A stretch of DNA of 64,000 bases, taken from contig OX597822.1 of assembly GCA_951406725.2 (NCBI GenBank), positions 43,710,001-43,774,000 of the forward strand. Reading direction: 5' to 3'. Under the pieces are notes generated by a model, which saw only the letters and a program-made list of their open reading frames with translations, did no database searches and was not told the DNA's origin. Made by a program: the position numbers and the translations under genes. Shown here piece by piece: positions 1-14,689 of the stretch (the stretch's first letter is position 1; each line of letters begins with the position of its first letter). The DNA is from Octopus vulgaris. Its lineage: Eukaryota.

Positions 1-398
1 TTTTTAACCCCTACCTTTTTTGTCCTTTTTCTTTCCTTTTACGATCCCTTTTGATCAAAACCACCACTCTCTTTTTTTTTTTTTTTTTTTTACCCCCAAA
101 AGAAAAGCTCTACCTTGTAAATTTGTTCTATCTGTGTGCAGCCCTGTGTGGCTAATAAAGAAACATATCTATCTATCTATCCACTTAATAGATTTATTTC
201 TATTTTTGCTGTTTAGCATTCTTTTTTTCCTTCTCGTTTCTTGTTTCGAGTTCAGACTTCTTATAATCCATCTCCATCTCCCTATATTCTTGTTTCGGAA
301 CGTCTTTCTCCTGCTATTCATGTCTGTCAATGTCTTGTTCACCATCATCTCTCTCTTTCTCTCTGTCACTGTTTTTGTCTGTCTGTCTGTTTGTCAGT

Positions 399-401
<3 letters not shown>

Positions 402-452
<51 letters not shown>

Positions 453-462
453 TCTCTCTCTC
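402..462. repeat. (CT)n microsatellite
   Basis: Direct CT dinucleotide run. Confidence 0.95.
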
Positions 463-596
463 TCACTCTCGGTAAATATATATATAAAGTTGTCCGGTAA
501 TGCTGAATAAGTGCTATGGATAGACCATAGTTAAGTTTCAAATTCGGTGATTATGCGAATAAGGGGACCAACTTAGGTCATATATCAGCGTGTGTC

Positions 597-914
597 TATA
601 ATTTTTGTTTTCGCAATGAGATAAAAAAAAAACCAAGACTGTGTAGATTTGAGAACATTTATAAATAGAAGTTCTTACACCTGTTTCTAGGATATTATAT
701 CCCTTCATCGGAGTCGGTGTTAGAAGATGGTTAAGCAATAGTTGATTCGTATCTTATGTAAATTAACTATCACTTAACCATCTTCTCACACCGTCTCCAA
801 TGAAGTGATATAATAAATATCCTAGAAACAGCTATAAGACCTTCTATTTATAAATGTTCTCAAATCTACACAGCATTGTTTTTTTTTATCTCATTACGAA
901 AAAGAAATTATATA
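597..914. mobile_element. Fold-back (head-to-head inverted) insertion of a hammerhead-bearing PLE/retrozyme-type end
   Basis: About 150 bp imperfect inverted arms (ctgtgtagatttgagaacatttataaatagaag versus cttctatttataaatgttctcaaatctacacag). Each arm carries an HHR-like motif. Confidence 0.75.
671..715 (-). ncRNA. Type I hammerhead ribozyme-like motif (CCGAUGA core variant)
   Basis: Minus strand reads gact-CCGATGA-agggatataatatccta-GAAAC-aggt-GTA-agaac. The + arm copy at 793-840 reads gtct-CCAATGA-...-GAAAC-agct-ATA-agac, with stem I gtct/agac. Confidence 0.6.
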
Positions 915-918
915 TATA

Positions 919-1424
919 CTAGCAGTATCGCCCGGCGTTGCTCGGGTTTGTAAGGGAAATAACTATATAAGCATTTTTAGAGAGTTACTTCCCTTATAAA
1001 TTCGGGCTTTCTTAGCCATTTTTGTTTTGGTGTCTTCAAGCCATGAAGTCGTTGTTCTAAAAGAACGCTGGTCTCCTTCACAACGCATTACGACGTTGAT
1101 TTCTTTACACTCCCTTCCCCACAGCTTCACGAGGGAGGGAAGGGGGAGAAGCAAACAGGTGCAGCTGTGAGCGTGGACGCCAACTCCGCCGCCATCGACA
1201 TACGATGCATTTTATGCATTAAAATGGAATAAAAAATGATGTTAAATTATTTTTAAAATCGTAGACTCATCGTTGACGCGCGCTAATAGTCAGACGGGCT
1301 CGATATGAATCACGACTATAAGATACCCGAATTTGGTTAAACTGCACCGCAAAATGTGGGAGGAGTTAGGAATCTAAATCGAAGGGGACAGACACTCACA
1401 CAACTAGAGTTTTATATATATAGA
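919..1424 (-). mobile_element. Non-autonomous Helitron
   Basis: Minus-strand 5' end TCTATATATATAAAA at 1424. The 3' end has the hairpin CCCGAGCAACGCCGGG followed by CTAG at 919-922, inserted between A and T. Confidence 0.75.
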
Positions 1425-1429
1425 TATAT

Positions 1430-1836
1430 TCTTTTATTTGTTTCATTCATTTGACTACGGCCATACTGGACCACCGCCTTTAGACGTACAAATCGACCCC
1501 GGGACTTATTTATTATTAGCCTAGTACTTATTCTATCGGTCTCTTTTGCAGAACCGCTAGATTACGGGAACGTGAACACAACATCGGTTGTCAAGCGATG
1601 GTGAGGGACAAACACAGACACACAAACACACATACACAGACACAGACACACTCACACACGCACACACACACACATACACACACATATGACTAGCTTCTTT
1701 CTGTTTCCGTCTACCAAATCCACCCACAAGGTTTTGGCTGGCCATAGTAGAAGACGCTGGCCGAAGGTGTCATACAGTGAGACTGAACCCAGCACCATGT
1801 GGTTGGTGAGCAAGCTGTTTACCACAGCCACTCCTG
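1430..1836 (-). mobile_element. tRNA-derived SINE, family A (octopus-type; GGCTGTGTGGTAAG...GGTTCAGTCCCAC head, internal microsatellite)
   Basis: Reverse complement has an A/B-box-like head and a body (ggtagacggaaac...tcgcttgacaaccg...aaggcggtgctccagcatggccg) that recurs more than 12 times in the window. Confidence 0.85.
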
Positions 1837-1930
1837 TTTTTGTTCTCGGTTTTTCTCGTCTTCGCTCACTTTCTTGTCATGTGTTTCTCTTTCTTTCTTC
1901 CGTTTTTTCTTTCTTTTTCTTCTTTCTCTT

Positions 1931-1971
<41 letters not shown>

Positions 1972-3199
1972 CTATCCACCCATACTTGTGACTCTCTTCT
2001 GTTCTCTACCTCCACTTCGTCTCACACTTCTTGTCTTCCTTATAACTCCCTCTATATCACTCTCTCTCTCTCTCTCTCTTTCTGCCTCACTCTTTCCCCT
2101 TTTTTCCTTCTCTCCTTACTACTTTCACTTACCTTATAACCTGATTTATTAGCCCCCCTCCTTCTCTCTCTACCTCTCTTTCACTCATTCTTTTAAATTA
2201 AAGCCCCACTTTTGTATTTGTTCTTCGTCTTACATTTAAACCAACCATATTCCATAATCGGATTTCATCTCAACACCGTCAATAAGTTTTAAAAACTAAT
2301 TTCCCTACAAGACTCATACTCTCTCATCCAACCATTCTTACCCTTATTCTGCAATTCTATCAATTTTCCCTCCCCTCCATCATTCGTATCATTCGCTTTA
2401 TGCTTCCCTTTATTCACTCCTTATTTCTTTCATTTTTTTTCATTCGTCTATTCTATTACCCTTCTGTGTTTCCTTTGAGCTTTTCTCTTCGCTATAATCT
2501 CCTTTCCTTTGACATTACCTTACCTTTTCATTCATTCTTTTATTATTCTAAATATTATTATGATTATCATTGTTATTGTTGTTCTTTTTCTTCTGCTTCT
2601 TCTTCTTATTATTATAATATATTTTTATTAATTCCTTCAAGCTATTTTTCATGTTGTACCACCATTTGCTTCATTAATTAAATCTTTCATTCTTTTATCC
2701 CTACATTCACTATAATCTTTCTTCAATTGTATATTTATATTACATTTTGTCCTTTGCTATCATTAACCATTCCCTGTCACCACTTTAGAGTATCACTCAT
2801 TCTTTATTTACTCCTATCTTTCTTTTAATTCTATCTCGCACTTATTCGATCTCTTTCATTCCCTCGATACTTCCCCTTTATCTTTCTCGTATTTTCTGTA
2901 TTCGTTAATTCTTTTATTCTAGTCTCATATTTTCAGTATTCATTAATTCTTTTATTCTATTCTCAGTTGTGTACTTAAGCGCTTGCATTTGCCTTGCTGC
3001 TTGTTATCAATCACCTTCATTAGCGTCTCTTTCTTTAACTTTGATGTTCATTCTTTTATTCTAGGTTTATTATTACCCGTTTCTTTTACCCTTTTAAATA
3101 AGTACTCTTTCATCTGACCCCGTAGTCTAAAGTTTCTAACGTATCTAAGTTATTTTTCTCCCTCTTTGTACTGTTTGTTGCCTATTGCACATGCGTCTA

Positions 3200-3324
3200 T
3201 ACATACATACATACATACATACATACATACATACATACATACATACATACACACATACATACATACATACATACATACATACATACACACACGCATACAC
3301 ACACACATACATACACACATACAC

Positions 3325-3373
<49 letters not shown>

Positions 3374-3380
3374 CACATAT
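3200..3380. repeat. (TACA)n/(CA)n microsatellite
   Basis: Direct tandem repeat. Confidence 0.95.
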
Positions 3381-3499
3381 ATAGTGTACTGTTCCGTTAT
3401 TGGTAGGATCCACAAACAAAATTATTCCATCCAGTGCGAGATTATTATAATTTCATTAAAACATCAATTAATAAACGCAAGATTTAAATAATGTGCGTT

Positions 3500-4640
3500 A
3501 CTATAAGTTTCATGTGCCGATTATACAGTCGTCGGAAAAGATTTTAAAATGTGCTGTGTAATATCCAACAAGCATTCACGTTCAAAATATACATAGCTGC
3601 TCTCTGCGAAAAAAACAAAAATGAGAAAGAACGAGACAAAGAAAGAAAAAAACAAGTAATCTTGAAGTAGAGGAATAGTTGTGTCCCTTTGGTTGGTTAG
3701 AATTAACAGTGGTTGCCGCGGATTAAAACGACGGGGAAAGATCAAAGTGAGTAAAACTTTATACCTCATCAGGAGAAGGTGGCCTTCTACATTTGGATAA
3801 CGAAAACTTGAGATATTTGCCTTGTGTGAAAATTTCCGATTTCAATCCAGAAGGTCGGTGGAGATCTTAACATGATATGAGCTCTTAGAGCTATAAATGA
3901 CCTGTACCTGCTTGACACATTAATGCAGACGTGAACCACTCAACGTGTCTTGTTGCCGTGGGGGATTTTTTTTACTTTCAAGTCCCAGATGTGGCTAACT
4001 AGCTTTGTAATTTTCTTCTTGTTTTCGAGCAGGAAGGAATGTTGATATTTGGCATATCTATTCTTGAAGTTACTTTCGGAGTGTCTAATATATTTTTCTC
4101 TTTTTCGTTTCGTTATTTGATAGAACTGAGATTACCACGACTTCATATACCATTGCGCTAGCCATGCATGTCTGTATGAACTGGCAACTATCTTGGTTTC
4201 TGAAGATACAGTTTGGAATGGTTGTCTAGTATAACTGACGCATAACAATGTTTTTCAAGTTCGGGTAGCAGCTGTTAGAAAGTTTCACCAAATGTTTATT
4301 AAAATTTTCTTATACATATGTCTATCAGCGAAATGCTTATCAACCAAGAAATTTTCTACATACATTTGTCTTAACTTTGAAGAAGTGATGTATGCACCAT
4401 GCACATTTTAAAGATTCTTTCTTTTTATGGTAGGGGTGTAAGTTACCTTCACTTTGAAGCCGCTGTTGGCCTAGGCGTTAAATTAGGGATCTGCCTGATC
4501 GAATATTTCCTCAAAGCTTAGAAATGCAAGCACTAATATTGGATATGACAGTTTGGTTTATGCTCTTAGGGTTATCATGTGGCTTGAAAGAGCAAAACTT
4601 AGGTTCAGGGTGTTGCATTCATGATTGTAAAATTGTGTTA
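3500..4640 (-). pseudogene. Decayed Penelope-like element, RT thumb/linker and GIY-YIG region
   Basis: Minus-strand translation across frameshifts gives EEIFDQADP..ANSGFKVKVTYTP, VKTNVCRKFL.VDKHF..KIFNKHLVKLSNSCYPNLKNIV and EKYIRHSESNFKNRY..HSF..TKLVSHIWDLK, all PLE-type motifs. Confidence 0.75.
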
Positions 4641-4754
4641 TCGATTGCTGAACCGGGTGATGCATTATGTTTTGAGAAAACCCCTGCTCCAGTTTATTCA
4701 ACTGGAAAAATTAGTATTCTTGCGGCCCCGCCCTGGATAGATATATATCTATCT

Positions 4755-5255
<501 letters not shown>

Positions 5256-7059
5256 TTTTGTAACGGTTTACAAATGTGCAATAACGTTACGCAGTATTCA
5301 GTACAACAGTAGAATAACACAAAGAAGTAAGAAATAACTGAAAGGATTAAATTTCGGAATGTTCGGCTCATATCGAAGAAATAATCTGAAGAAAATCGCA
5401 AGAATGAAACTACATTTAATTATATAAGAACACGTACAAAGTGCTAGTGTCACTTTTCGATTTGTTTCCTTATCAATAATACTTTGTATCATGAATTATC
5501 GAAAAAAATTCACCCCTTTCCTACGGCTCAAACGTGAATGGGTGATGCATTCACGACTGCAATATCGACGTTTCGATTCCAAAATCGGGAGCGGTCGTGA
5601 TGGTATGAGCGAGACACTTCATTTCACGTTGCTCCAGGCCTCTCAGCTGGCAAATGGTTAACACTGCGACGGAATTGGAGGCCCGTTCAAAGGAAATGTT
5701 GCGATGTCGAAAACAGGGGGAATCTGCCCCATGACTCATAGGATTCGAAACAATCCTTACTTCTTTATTTCTACCGTCTATGACCAATGAGACTCGAATT
5801 ACAAGGAAATGATATCAGTGACCAGGCTGCAAAAGTACAGCGTAGCTTTTAGCGACTCCCAAATACACATTAGAATATCGAAAGAAACGGAAAGTCAATA
5901 TCATTTACTTTGTTTATTTTCTTAAATCATTGAAATGACATTTACATGATATAATTGTTATATACACCTACATATATACACGTGTCATTAAACTGATTAT
6001 AATTCCGTGTCATTCACTCTGTTAAAATTTACGCAATTCTTGTAGCTATAGTTACATTTGTCTCTTAAAACGTCTATCTAGGCAACATGAATGACTACTA
6101 ACAAGTTGTATCATCGACCATAAAAATATGAAGTAATTCTACTACAGTTCTTAGCCTTTTTTACTGAAGTACTCTAGTCAGGCAAAATACGCATAAATGA
6201 TTACGTGACGTTTCGGTGCAGCCATTTTGAGGCATTTATATCGCATCGCTGATTCACTGCGGACTTATAAGTAAACCAGACGTTTAAACGTCTCTTTCTC
6301 TCTCTCGTCTCCTCTGTTTTTCTTTCTTCCTTTCTTTCTTTCTTTCTTTCTTTCTTTCCAATCCTTCACTTTTCCACCTGTACCTTCCACCTCCTCTCCT
6401 GACTCACACTCTCCTGTATATCTCTCTCCTCCTTCCTCTCTATCTTCTGTTAGTTTATATTTGTGAGCACAATTCTCTGTATATGAAGAGAAAGGAAAAC
6501 GTATATGCAAATCGTGCTCTCTCTCTCACTCTGTCATTCTTTCTCTTTTTCTCTCTTTCCGCTCTTTCTCGCCCCATCTCTCCAATTCACTACCATTCGC
6601 CCTGTCTCTTCCCCTCTTCCTCTCTTTCTATCTGTATGTATATATTTCCACATGTGCGTGTATATGTGTGTTTATACGAGTTTCCCTCCAACACCCCAAA
6701 CTACTGTCTCCAACACATGATGCATCTCCAATCATCCGTACTAAACCAGCAACATCCAATCAGCTCATTTCTTCCATTTATTTAGACATAATGTCATAGC
6801 AAAATTTTGAACTCAGAATGTAGAGAGCCGGAAAGTATATCCTAAAGCATCTTCACGGACGCGCGCCAAGGATTCTCGCCCTCTCCACCGCCAGATCAAC
6901 TTGAAATAAAGGGATTTACTCAAGAGCACAACACTCCGCCCGGTTGGCGTATCGAATCGATGATCAAGCGGTCGTGAGAGCAACAGCCTAACCAGTGAGC
7001 CACACATCTTCACTGTGTGTAGGTATATATGCATGTGTGTATGTTTGTATGCAGGGATG

Positions 7060-7123
<64 letters not shown>

Positions 7124-7133
7124 TATATATAGG

Positions 7134-7176
<43 letters not shown>

Positions 7177-7332
7177 GGGGTATATTTATGATATAGTATA
7201 TATACATACATACACACATATATATATATATTTATATATATATATCTATACATACATTTATAATTATATAGATATATAATTAAAGAGATATATAGATTTG
7301 TTCTTAATTGTGTCTACACACACACATATATG

Positions 7333-7369
<37 letters not shown>

Positions 7370-7649
7370 ATCATAAACATTGGTTACATTTATACACACA
7401 CGCACACACACACACACATATCGTCATAGACTATTACGCATAAATACAAAAACATAAATAAATAGATAACAATACTATATCGATATGTATATCATATTTA
7501 TAAACATAAAACGGCTAACACCGTTTCATTTCTCTCAGAGAATATTCTCAAAGTGACCTATGTGTTTCTCATATTATATTACTTTTTCGTTCTCTCCTTG
7601 CCTCTTTTGTGTGTATATATATATATGTATATATATATTCTTTACATTT

Positions 7650-8360
7650 ATTCTTTCGCTTGTTTCAGTCATTTTCACTGTGGCCATGTTGGAGCACCGC
7701 CCTTTAGCCTAAGAAATCGACCCTGCACTTTTCTTTGTAAGCCTAGTACTTATCCTATCGTCTCTTTTGCAGAGAAGCTAAGTTATAGGGACGTAAACAC
7801 AAGAAGATCGGTTGTCAAGCGATGGTAGAGGCCCAAACACCTAAACCCACTTACAGTGGTTTGGTTGGCCCGAGGCTATATTAGAAGATACTTGCCCAAG
7901 GTGCCACGCAGTGGGACTGAACTAGGAACTATGTGGATGGGAAGCAAGCTTCTTACCACACAACCACGCATGCGCCTATGGGATACACATATATATATCT
8001 CTTATGTTTTACTCGTTTCTGTTATTTGACTTAAGCCATGCTGGGGCACCGCTTTGAAGAGTTTTAGCCGAACGAATCCTTAAATTTTTAACCCTGGTAC
8101 GTATTCTATCCGTTCCTGTTGCTGAACCACTAAGTTACGGCGACATAACCAATCGAACACAGGTTGTCAAGCGATGGTGGTTGACAAGTACAAAGACATA
8201 CACACACAAACACATACATATATATGTATGACGCGCTTCGTTCAGTTTCTGTCTGTTAAATCCACTCACAAGGCTTGCCCAAGGTGCCTCGCAATTGGAC
8301 TGAACACAGAACTATACGTAGGGGATCAAATTTCTTATCCCACATCCACACCTGTGCCTG
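7650..8360 (-). mobile_element. Two adjacent family A SINE copies (about 7650-7978 and 8005-8360)
   Basis: Same body and head motifs as 1430-1836. Confidence 0.8.
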
Positions 8361-8844
8361 TTACATACACATTGATTCATACGAAATAGATGCATGTATG
8401 CATACCCATACACACAGTGACGCAACTCACACATACACATACGTATACATACATACATACATACATACATACATACATACATACATACATACATACATAC
8501 ATACATACATACGTACATACATACATACATACATACAGTCCTAATCCACAACGATATACTTTTAGGTCACTTGATCATTTAACATCCTACTACTTTTGTA
8601 CCATTTCCGCATTCTTTTATTATTGTTATTTCTCTTCTCCTTCTCTTTCTTCTTCGTCTTCTTCCTCTCCGGCACCTCCTTCCTTACTTTACTTCTACTG
8701 CTGTTTAGAATAACACCTACGCAAATGCTAAAAACAATACTTTCAAAAGGAATATCTCAAGGATTCAATGACTACTACAATCCACAAGTCACTCACAGGA
8801 CAATTGTCCATTTAACATAGTACTACTATTATACTACTCCCGCA

Positions 8845-8950
8845 TTCTTCTTCTTCTTCTTCTTCTTCTTCTTCTTCTTCTTCTTCTTCTTCTTCTTCTT
8901 CTTCTTCTTCTTCTTCTTCTTCTTCTTCTTCTTCTTCTTCTTCTTCTTCT
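8845..8950. repeat. (TTC)n microsatellite
   Basis: Pure TTC run. Confidence 0.95.
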
Positions 8951-9072
8951 CGCAAATACTAATCGGACACAGACAGTGTGTTGTTAGCTAGCTGGAGGAG
9001 ATCTCCTCCTGCATCTAAAAACAACATTAGCATCATCCTCCCTGAAACCGCTACATTTAGTTGACAATTTCT

Positions 9073-9136
<64 letters not shown>

Positions 9137-9656
9137 ATATTGTTATATTCTTTTATTTAACATTTATACTGTATTTCTACCTATCCAACTTATCTATACA
9201 ATGTGTCTATAACGTCAAAATCTTTTCACTGCATTCAACTTCCTCTGAACATCTACACTCTATAACCTGATTTCCACACACTGTGTCAATCGTTCTAGCA
9301 AGCAACTTTGCCCGATATGGTCTCTTATCAGTCCAACAAGAAATCTTCTAATTGATTGTTCGGCCTGCTAAATATAGCAGTCAAATCTGTCGCTAGTCGT
9401 CAAAGCTTACCTTAAAGAAAGAATGGTAGTGACCATTGGATTACAAACCCTGTACGAAATTAGATGTGATGGTCACCAATGGAATTCACCTCTCCGTACA
9501 TTTGAATAGCCAGGGCTGACCGAGGTCTAATGAACAAGAAGATAAACTCCAACAAACCACTCATTAATTGTCTTTCTAATCAATACATGAATCTAACTAA
9601 CTGTGACTGTTTTTTTCCATTCATTAACGCCAACCCTTGGCTATAAACACGTTCAT

Positions 9657-9687
<31 letters not shown>

Positions 9688-10307
9688 AATAGATTCACTT
9701 GTATACATACACAAAACCATACACGAACATTTACACAGACTCACTTGCATATACACACAAACACTCACATACCACAACACACATATGTAATATTTTATAG
9801 ATAATGTCAATCTATAGAATCGATAAAGAATACAGACAATGTTTAACTGACCGGTTAATAACTCTGTTACATTGTACCTAACTATCCAACAACATCTCAC
9901 AGACTGTAAACTCCATTACTTTTAGCACATTCACTAAAATACGGTGGCCATCTAATTTATTTCGCTTATATTTTCCTCTTAGTCTGGCACGATGACAAAT
10001 CTTTACTTCACTAAATCTGATCGAAGTACATTTACTTACGAAAATCTTTAACGTTCCGTTAAAGATTTAGCGAAAAATCCGCTCTAATCATACGTGATTT
10101 TCTAGAATTTAAATATTTTAACTAAGCAACTTTTCAAAATATTTCATTCCCAGCGGAGAACGTATCCTTTGAACCTGAGAATTGTCAGGCCCTTAAGTCT
10201 GGCATTCAACAAGTCTGTAGTTTGCATAAAATAACTGACACTCCGACTTCTACTAGAGCTCTGAGCCAATCAATGTTTTATGTGTGTATTGGGTTGACGG
10301 AAACTGT

Positions 10308-10351
<44 letters not shown>

Positions 10352-10374
10352 CTCACGGAATATATATGTTCTTT

Positions 10375-10575
10375 TATTCTTTTATTTCTTTCAGTCATTC
10401 TACTGCAGCCATGCTGGAGTACCGCCTTTAGTCGAACAAATGGACCCAAGAACTTATTCTTTGTAAGCCTAGCCTAGTACTTATTCTGTCGATCTCTTTT
10501 GCCGAACCGCTAAGTTACGGGGACATACCAACGTGGGTTGTGAAGCGATGGTGGGGTGACAAAGACACAGACACA

Positions 10576-10625
<50 letters not shown>

Positions 10626-10825
10626 TACACACACATATATATATATATATATGTGTATATATACGACCAGCTTCTTTCAGTTTCCGTCAACCAAATCCAC
10701 TCAGAAGGCTTTGGTCGGCCCGAGGATATAGTAAAAGACACTTGTCCAAGGTACCATGCATTGGGACGGAACACTGAACTACGTGGTTGCTAAGCAAGCT
10801 ACTTACCACACAGCCATTCTTGCGT
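10375..10825 (-). mobile_element. Family A SINE, near full length
   Basis: Shared motifs gccatgctggagtaccgcc, gccgaaccgctaagttacggggac, ccaaatccactca and cttaccacacagcc. Confidence 0.85.
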
Positions 10826-10826
10826 C

Positions 10827-10871
<45 letters not shown>

Positions 10872-11787
10872 CATACATGATTACATATACTTGCACACGC
10901 TGCACGCAAAGACACACGTAATATATATATATATACACATATACATAATATGTATGTATACACACACATACAAATGTATGCATATCTATCTATCTATCTA
11001 TATATCTATCTATCATATGTCTATCTATCTAGCTATCATCTATCTGTCTATCTATCTATCCATCCATCTATTAGCTGTCTGTCTGCCTGTCACTCTGTCT
11101 ATATAGCCATCTGTATATTATATATTACACACACATAAAATCTCAACGGATAGGTTAACACTTGTATCTAATTTCAATGTGTGTGTGTGTGTGTGTGTGC
11201 GTGCATTTGTGTGTCTATGTGTATGCGCGTTTGTAATTATACATATAATATAAAATTGGATATTTTACAGAATATATGTAATTCTAATTCTCCATATATT
11301 TAATAAAATGGAATTCGGTGAAATTTATGTATTCTTTACTAATTTACACCTATCTTAATACGCCCCTTCAAATATACATGGTTTCCTGCACTTATCTCAC
11401 TCTATACTCCACTGAAAGTTCCATTTTATTTTTCATTAAAACCGCTGATAAAATTCGTTGTTTCTAATTGCAAAGCTGTGATTTAGGTGAGCTTAACACG
11501 GACGGCAGAGAAACTTAATTGATAAACAAATTTGCTTAATAGGCAAAATTTGGTAAATATCATAAAGATAATGATATTGACTTAGTTAAAGCTGACGTAA
11601 GTAATTGTGAAACAAGTAATCTGTTTATTGCGTGACACATGAGATATAATTTTTTATATATCAGTAAAATATCTACTGCGGAGTAAATGTTGAATAGACA
11701 GGGACATAGAGTGCGCATGCGTACATACCAACAGACATAAGCACACACACACACACACACACATTAATATACGTAGATGTATATACA

Positions 11788-12795
11788 CTAGCAGACATGC
11801 CCGGCGTTGTTCGGGATTTAAACCGTATAATTTGTATATATGATGCAGTTAAGTTGAAACATGTGATACGGGGAAGTACAGCATTGACAACAAAACATTT
11901 CTAGAGTAAATGAAAAGCTAATTCGACTAGGTGACATGTCATGCATCTAGCTGGAAGATTCCAGGCCCTAACCATGGTGTGGAAAATTGGGTGAGTGGTA
12001 TGTGATTTTTGAACGCAACAAAAAGTTCTCAGTGAATATGCTCTCCTTTGCGGCTGTCGATGCTGCCGCTACCATGCTGAACAATCAGCAGACACAGGAA
12101 CTACATATATGTGATAAATTAAGTCTGAGAGCGCGCTCGACATCACCACATGGGAGAAATCTACATGAAGGAAATGACGTGCAGTGGGTTGGCAAGGAAG
12201 AGCTTGAAAACAACACGAGCAAGCAAACCAGCGGAGATTGTGGTTCGTTGATTTTTGTTGTCACTTAAAGCATGCGGAACCCATGCTCCATACTTCTGAA
12301 CCTTTCCCATCGGGTGAAGTTGCTTCTCTATAGCAGTGTGGGAGCATTACATTTTCTCTTGTCGTTTGACGCGAATTTTCGTGTTAAAGTTGGCTTAATC
12401 GCTCTTCATCGAACACAGTTGGATGGCCAGAACGAGGTACAGCTTTGAGGTAAAAATTTCCATTTTCATCTTGGCATACTAATCATGAGCGGTTCTTTCA
12501 GCTATGGTACCCTCTCCATACACAACACAAATGTCACGAGTAGCTTTTGCGGACTAAGAACCTTGATTAAAAAGCAAAAAAGTGTCGAAAATGCTACTTT
12601 TTCTTAACTTGACATTCTATTTTAATGATCTGAAAATAAAGAAAAATTAACTAAAATTAACTAGAAAAAGAACAAAATAGATCCCAAAATGACTCAAAAA
12701 TAGAATTCTCGAAAAAATTAGATTCGAAAATTTAAAAACGCAATAAATTCCAAATTAAAGAAAAAACTGCAGGAAATTAGTTGACAACCCAATAT
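11788..12795 (-). mobile_element. Helitron-derived element (3' end clear, 5' end uncertain)
   Basis: ctagcagacatgcccggcgttgttcggg is the same 3' hairpin + CTAG terminus seen at 919 and 16394. Confidence 0.5.
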
Positions 12796-12800
12796 AAAAG

Positions 12801-12838
12801 CTGTTACTCAGAGTTTCACATTCCCGTTCGTCGGACAG
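12801..12838 (-). ncRNA. Type I hammerhead ribozyme motif
   Basis: Minus strand: CTGT-CCGACGA-ACG GGAA TGT-GAAAC-TCTGA-GTA-ACAG. Stem I CUGU/ACAG, stem II closed by a GGAA tetraloop, GUA cleavage triplet. Confidence 0.7.
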
Positions 12839-12997
12839 TTTTGTTTAGTATTCGAGTACTATTTTATCCACTTTGTTTCGCATATATATATATATATAAA
12901 GTTAATCCAAACAAGAAAACACAGAAAAAAACACAGCAACGCGAGGACGTGGAACAATTAAAGTATTATTTGACGCTCAGGAAAGAAGGGAAGGAGG

Positions 12998-13032
12998 GTT
13001 TAACGTTTCGAGTGGAGCTCTTCGTCGGAAAC
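12998..13032 (-). ncRNA. Minimal type I hammerhead-like motif within a PLE-type 3' tail (about 12900-13110)
   Basis: Minus strand: GTTT-CCGACGA-A-GAG ctcca CTC-GAAACGTT-AAAC. The module is flanked by (TA)n on both sides and is homologous to 56510-56606. Confidence 0.6.
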
Positions 13033-13107
13033 AAGGAGAAGGAAAGATCCCAAGAAGGGAAGGGAGGAAAAAAATATTTTTGCTGGTGGTGCTCAAGAGA
13101 TCACATG

Positions 13108-13206
<99 letters not shown>

Positions 13207-13254
13207 CGTGTGTGTGTGTATATATACGTACATACATACACGCACACATGTATA

Positions 13255-13415
13255 ACCAGGTTTCTTTCAGTTTCCGTCTACCAGATTCACTCACAAGGCT
13301 TTGGTCGGCCCGGGGCTATAGTAGAAGAACACTTGCCCCAGGTGCCACATAGTGAGATTGAACACACACAGTGAGACTTATTGCGAAGCAGGTTTGTTAC
13401 CACACAGCCACGCCT
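13255..13415 (-). mobile_element. Family A SINE, 5' part
   Basis: ttccgtctacca...cacttgcccca...accacacagcc. Confidence 0.8.
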
Positions 13416-14045
13416 GAAATATTTAACGTGTCATTGCACGGCAGGACAAAGGATGTGTTTGTAAGTCTTAATGAATACATATATGTGTTAGGATATGTGA
13501 CTATGTTTCTATGTGTGTGCTTTCCGGGTGTTTTCTGCTTGGGCATCATTGAGTACGAGTACGCATGCGTGCGTATGAGAGCGTGTAGGTTATACACGTG
13601 TGCGTATACAACATTTATGTGCAGTTGTATGCTGGTGTGAAAGCGTAAGTATGCACTGCGGGTGTTTACGGTTTTTTTTCTCTTCCCGTCACCAATCTCT
13701 GTGGAAAACCAAAAATATGAACACGAAAAACAACGTAAAACAAAGAATGAAACGAAGAGAAAACATTCTATCAATAAAGAGCTTTTTTTTTATTTTTCAA
13801 TAGGATTAGCTAAACAGTAGAATTCTACTGGATTATCTTCAATCAATATGTAGAGATGACAAACTAAATACAACCTCTTAATATGCGCTTACTTGTGTAC
13901 GCGTGCGCGTGGCTGTGCGTGAGACTGATTGCGCAGCTGAGTATGTTTCCGCTTTTATTACTATATATATATATATATATTTGTGTGTGTGTGTGCATGG
14001 TTGTGTGTGTGTATGTGTGAATAAGTGTGTGTGTGTGTGTGTGTG

Positions 14046-14210
<165 letters not shown>

Positions 14211-14214
14211 TATA

Positions 14215-14392
14215 GGCGCAGATGTGGCTGTGTGGTAAGTAGCTTGCTAACCAACCACATGGTTCCGGGGTTCAGTCTCACTGCGTGGCATCTTGGGCAA
14301 GTGTCTTCTGCTATAGTCCCGGGGTCGATTTGCTCGACTAAAGGCGGTGCTCCAGCATGGCCGCAGTCAAATGACTGAAACAAGTAAAAGAG
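14215..14392 (+). mobile_element. Family A SINE with internal deletion
   Basis: Head ggcgcagatgtggctgtgtggtaag...gggttcagtctcac is joined directly to the tail ggggtcgatttgctcgactaaaggcggtgctcc. Confidence 0.85.
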
Positions 14393-14530
14393 TAGAGAGT
14401 ATATATATATATATATATATATTATATTATATTATATATATTGTATATATATACATACATATATATATATATATATATATTATATATAGTATGTATATAT
14501 ATATGATATGTATATTATATATATATATTT

Positions 14531-14564
<34 letters not shown>

Positions 14565-14640
14565 GACTATATACACAAATATATTTTAAACATATCTCTA
14601 TATATTTTATACATTTAGATTAATATCCATGTACCTACAC

Positions 14641-14689
<49 letters not shown>

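Noticed and set aside
3766-3772. Minus-strand CTGATGA near the 3' end of the decayed PLE as a hammerhead
   Set aside because: I could not find a matching GAAA with closing stems at a suitable distance.
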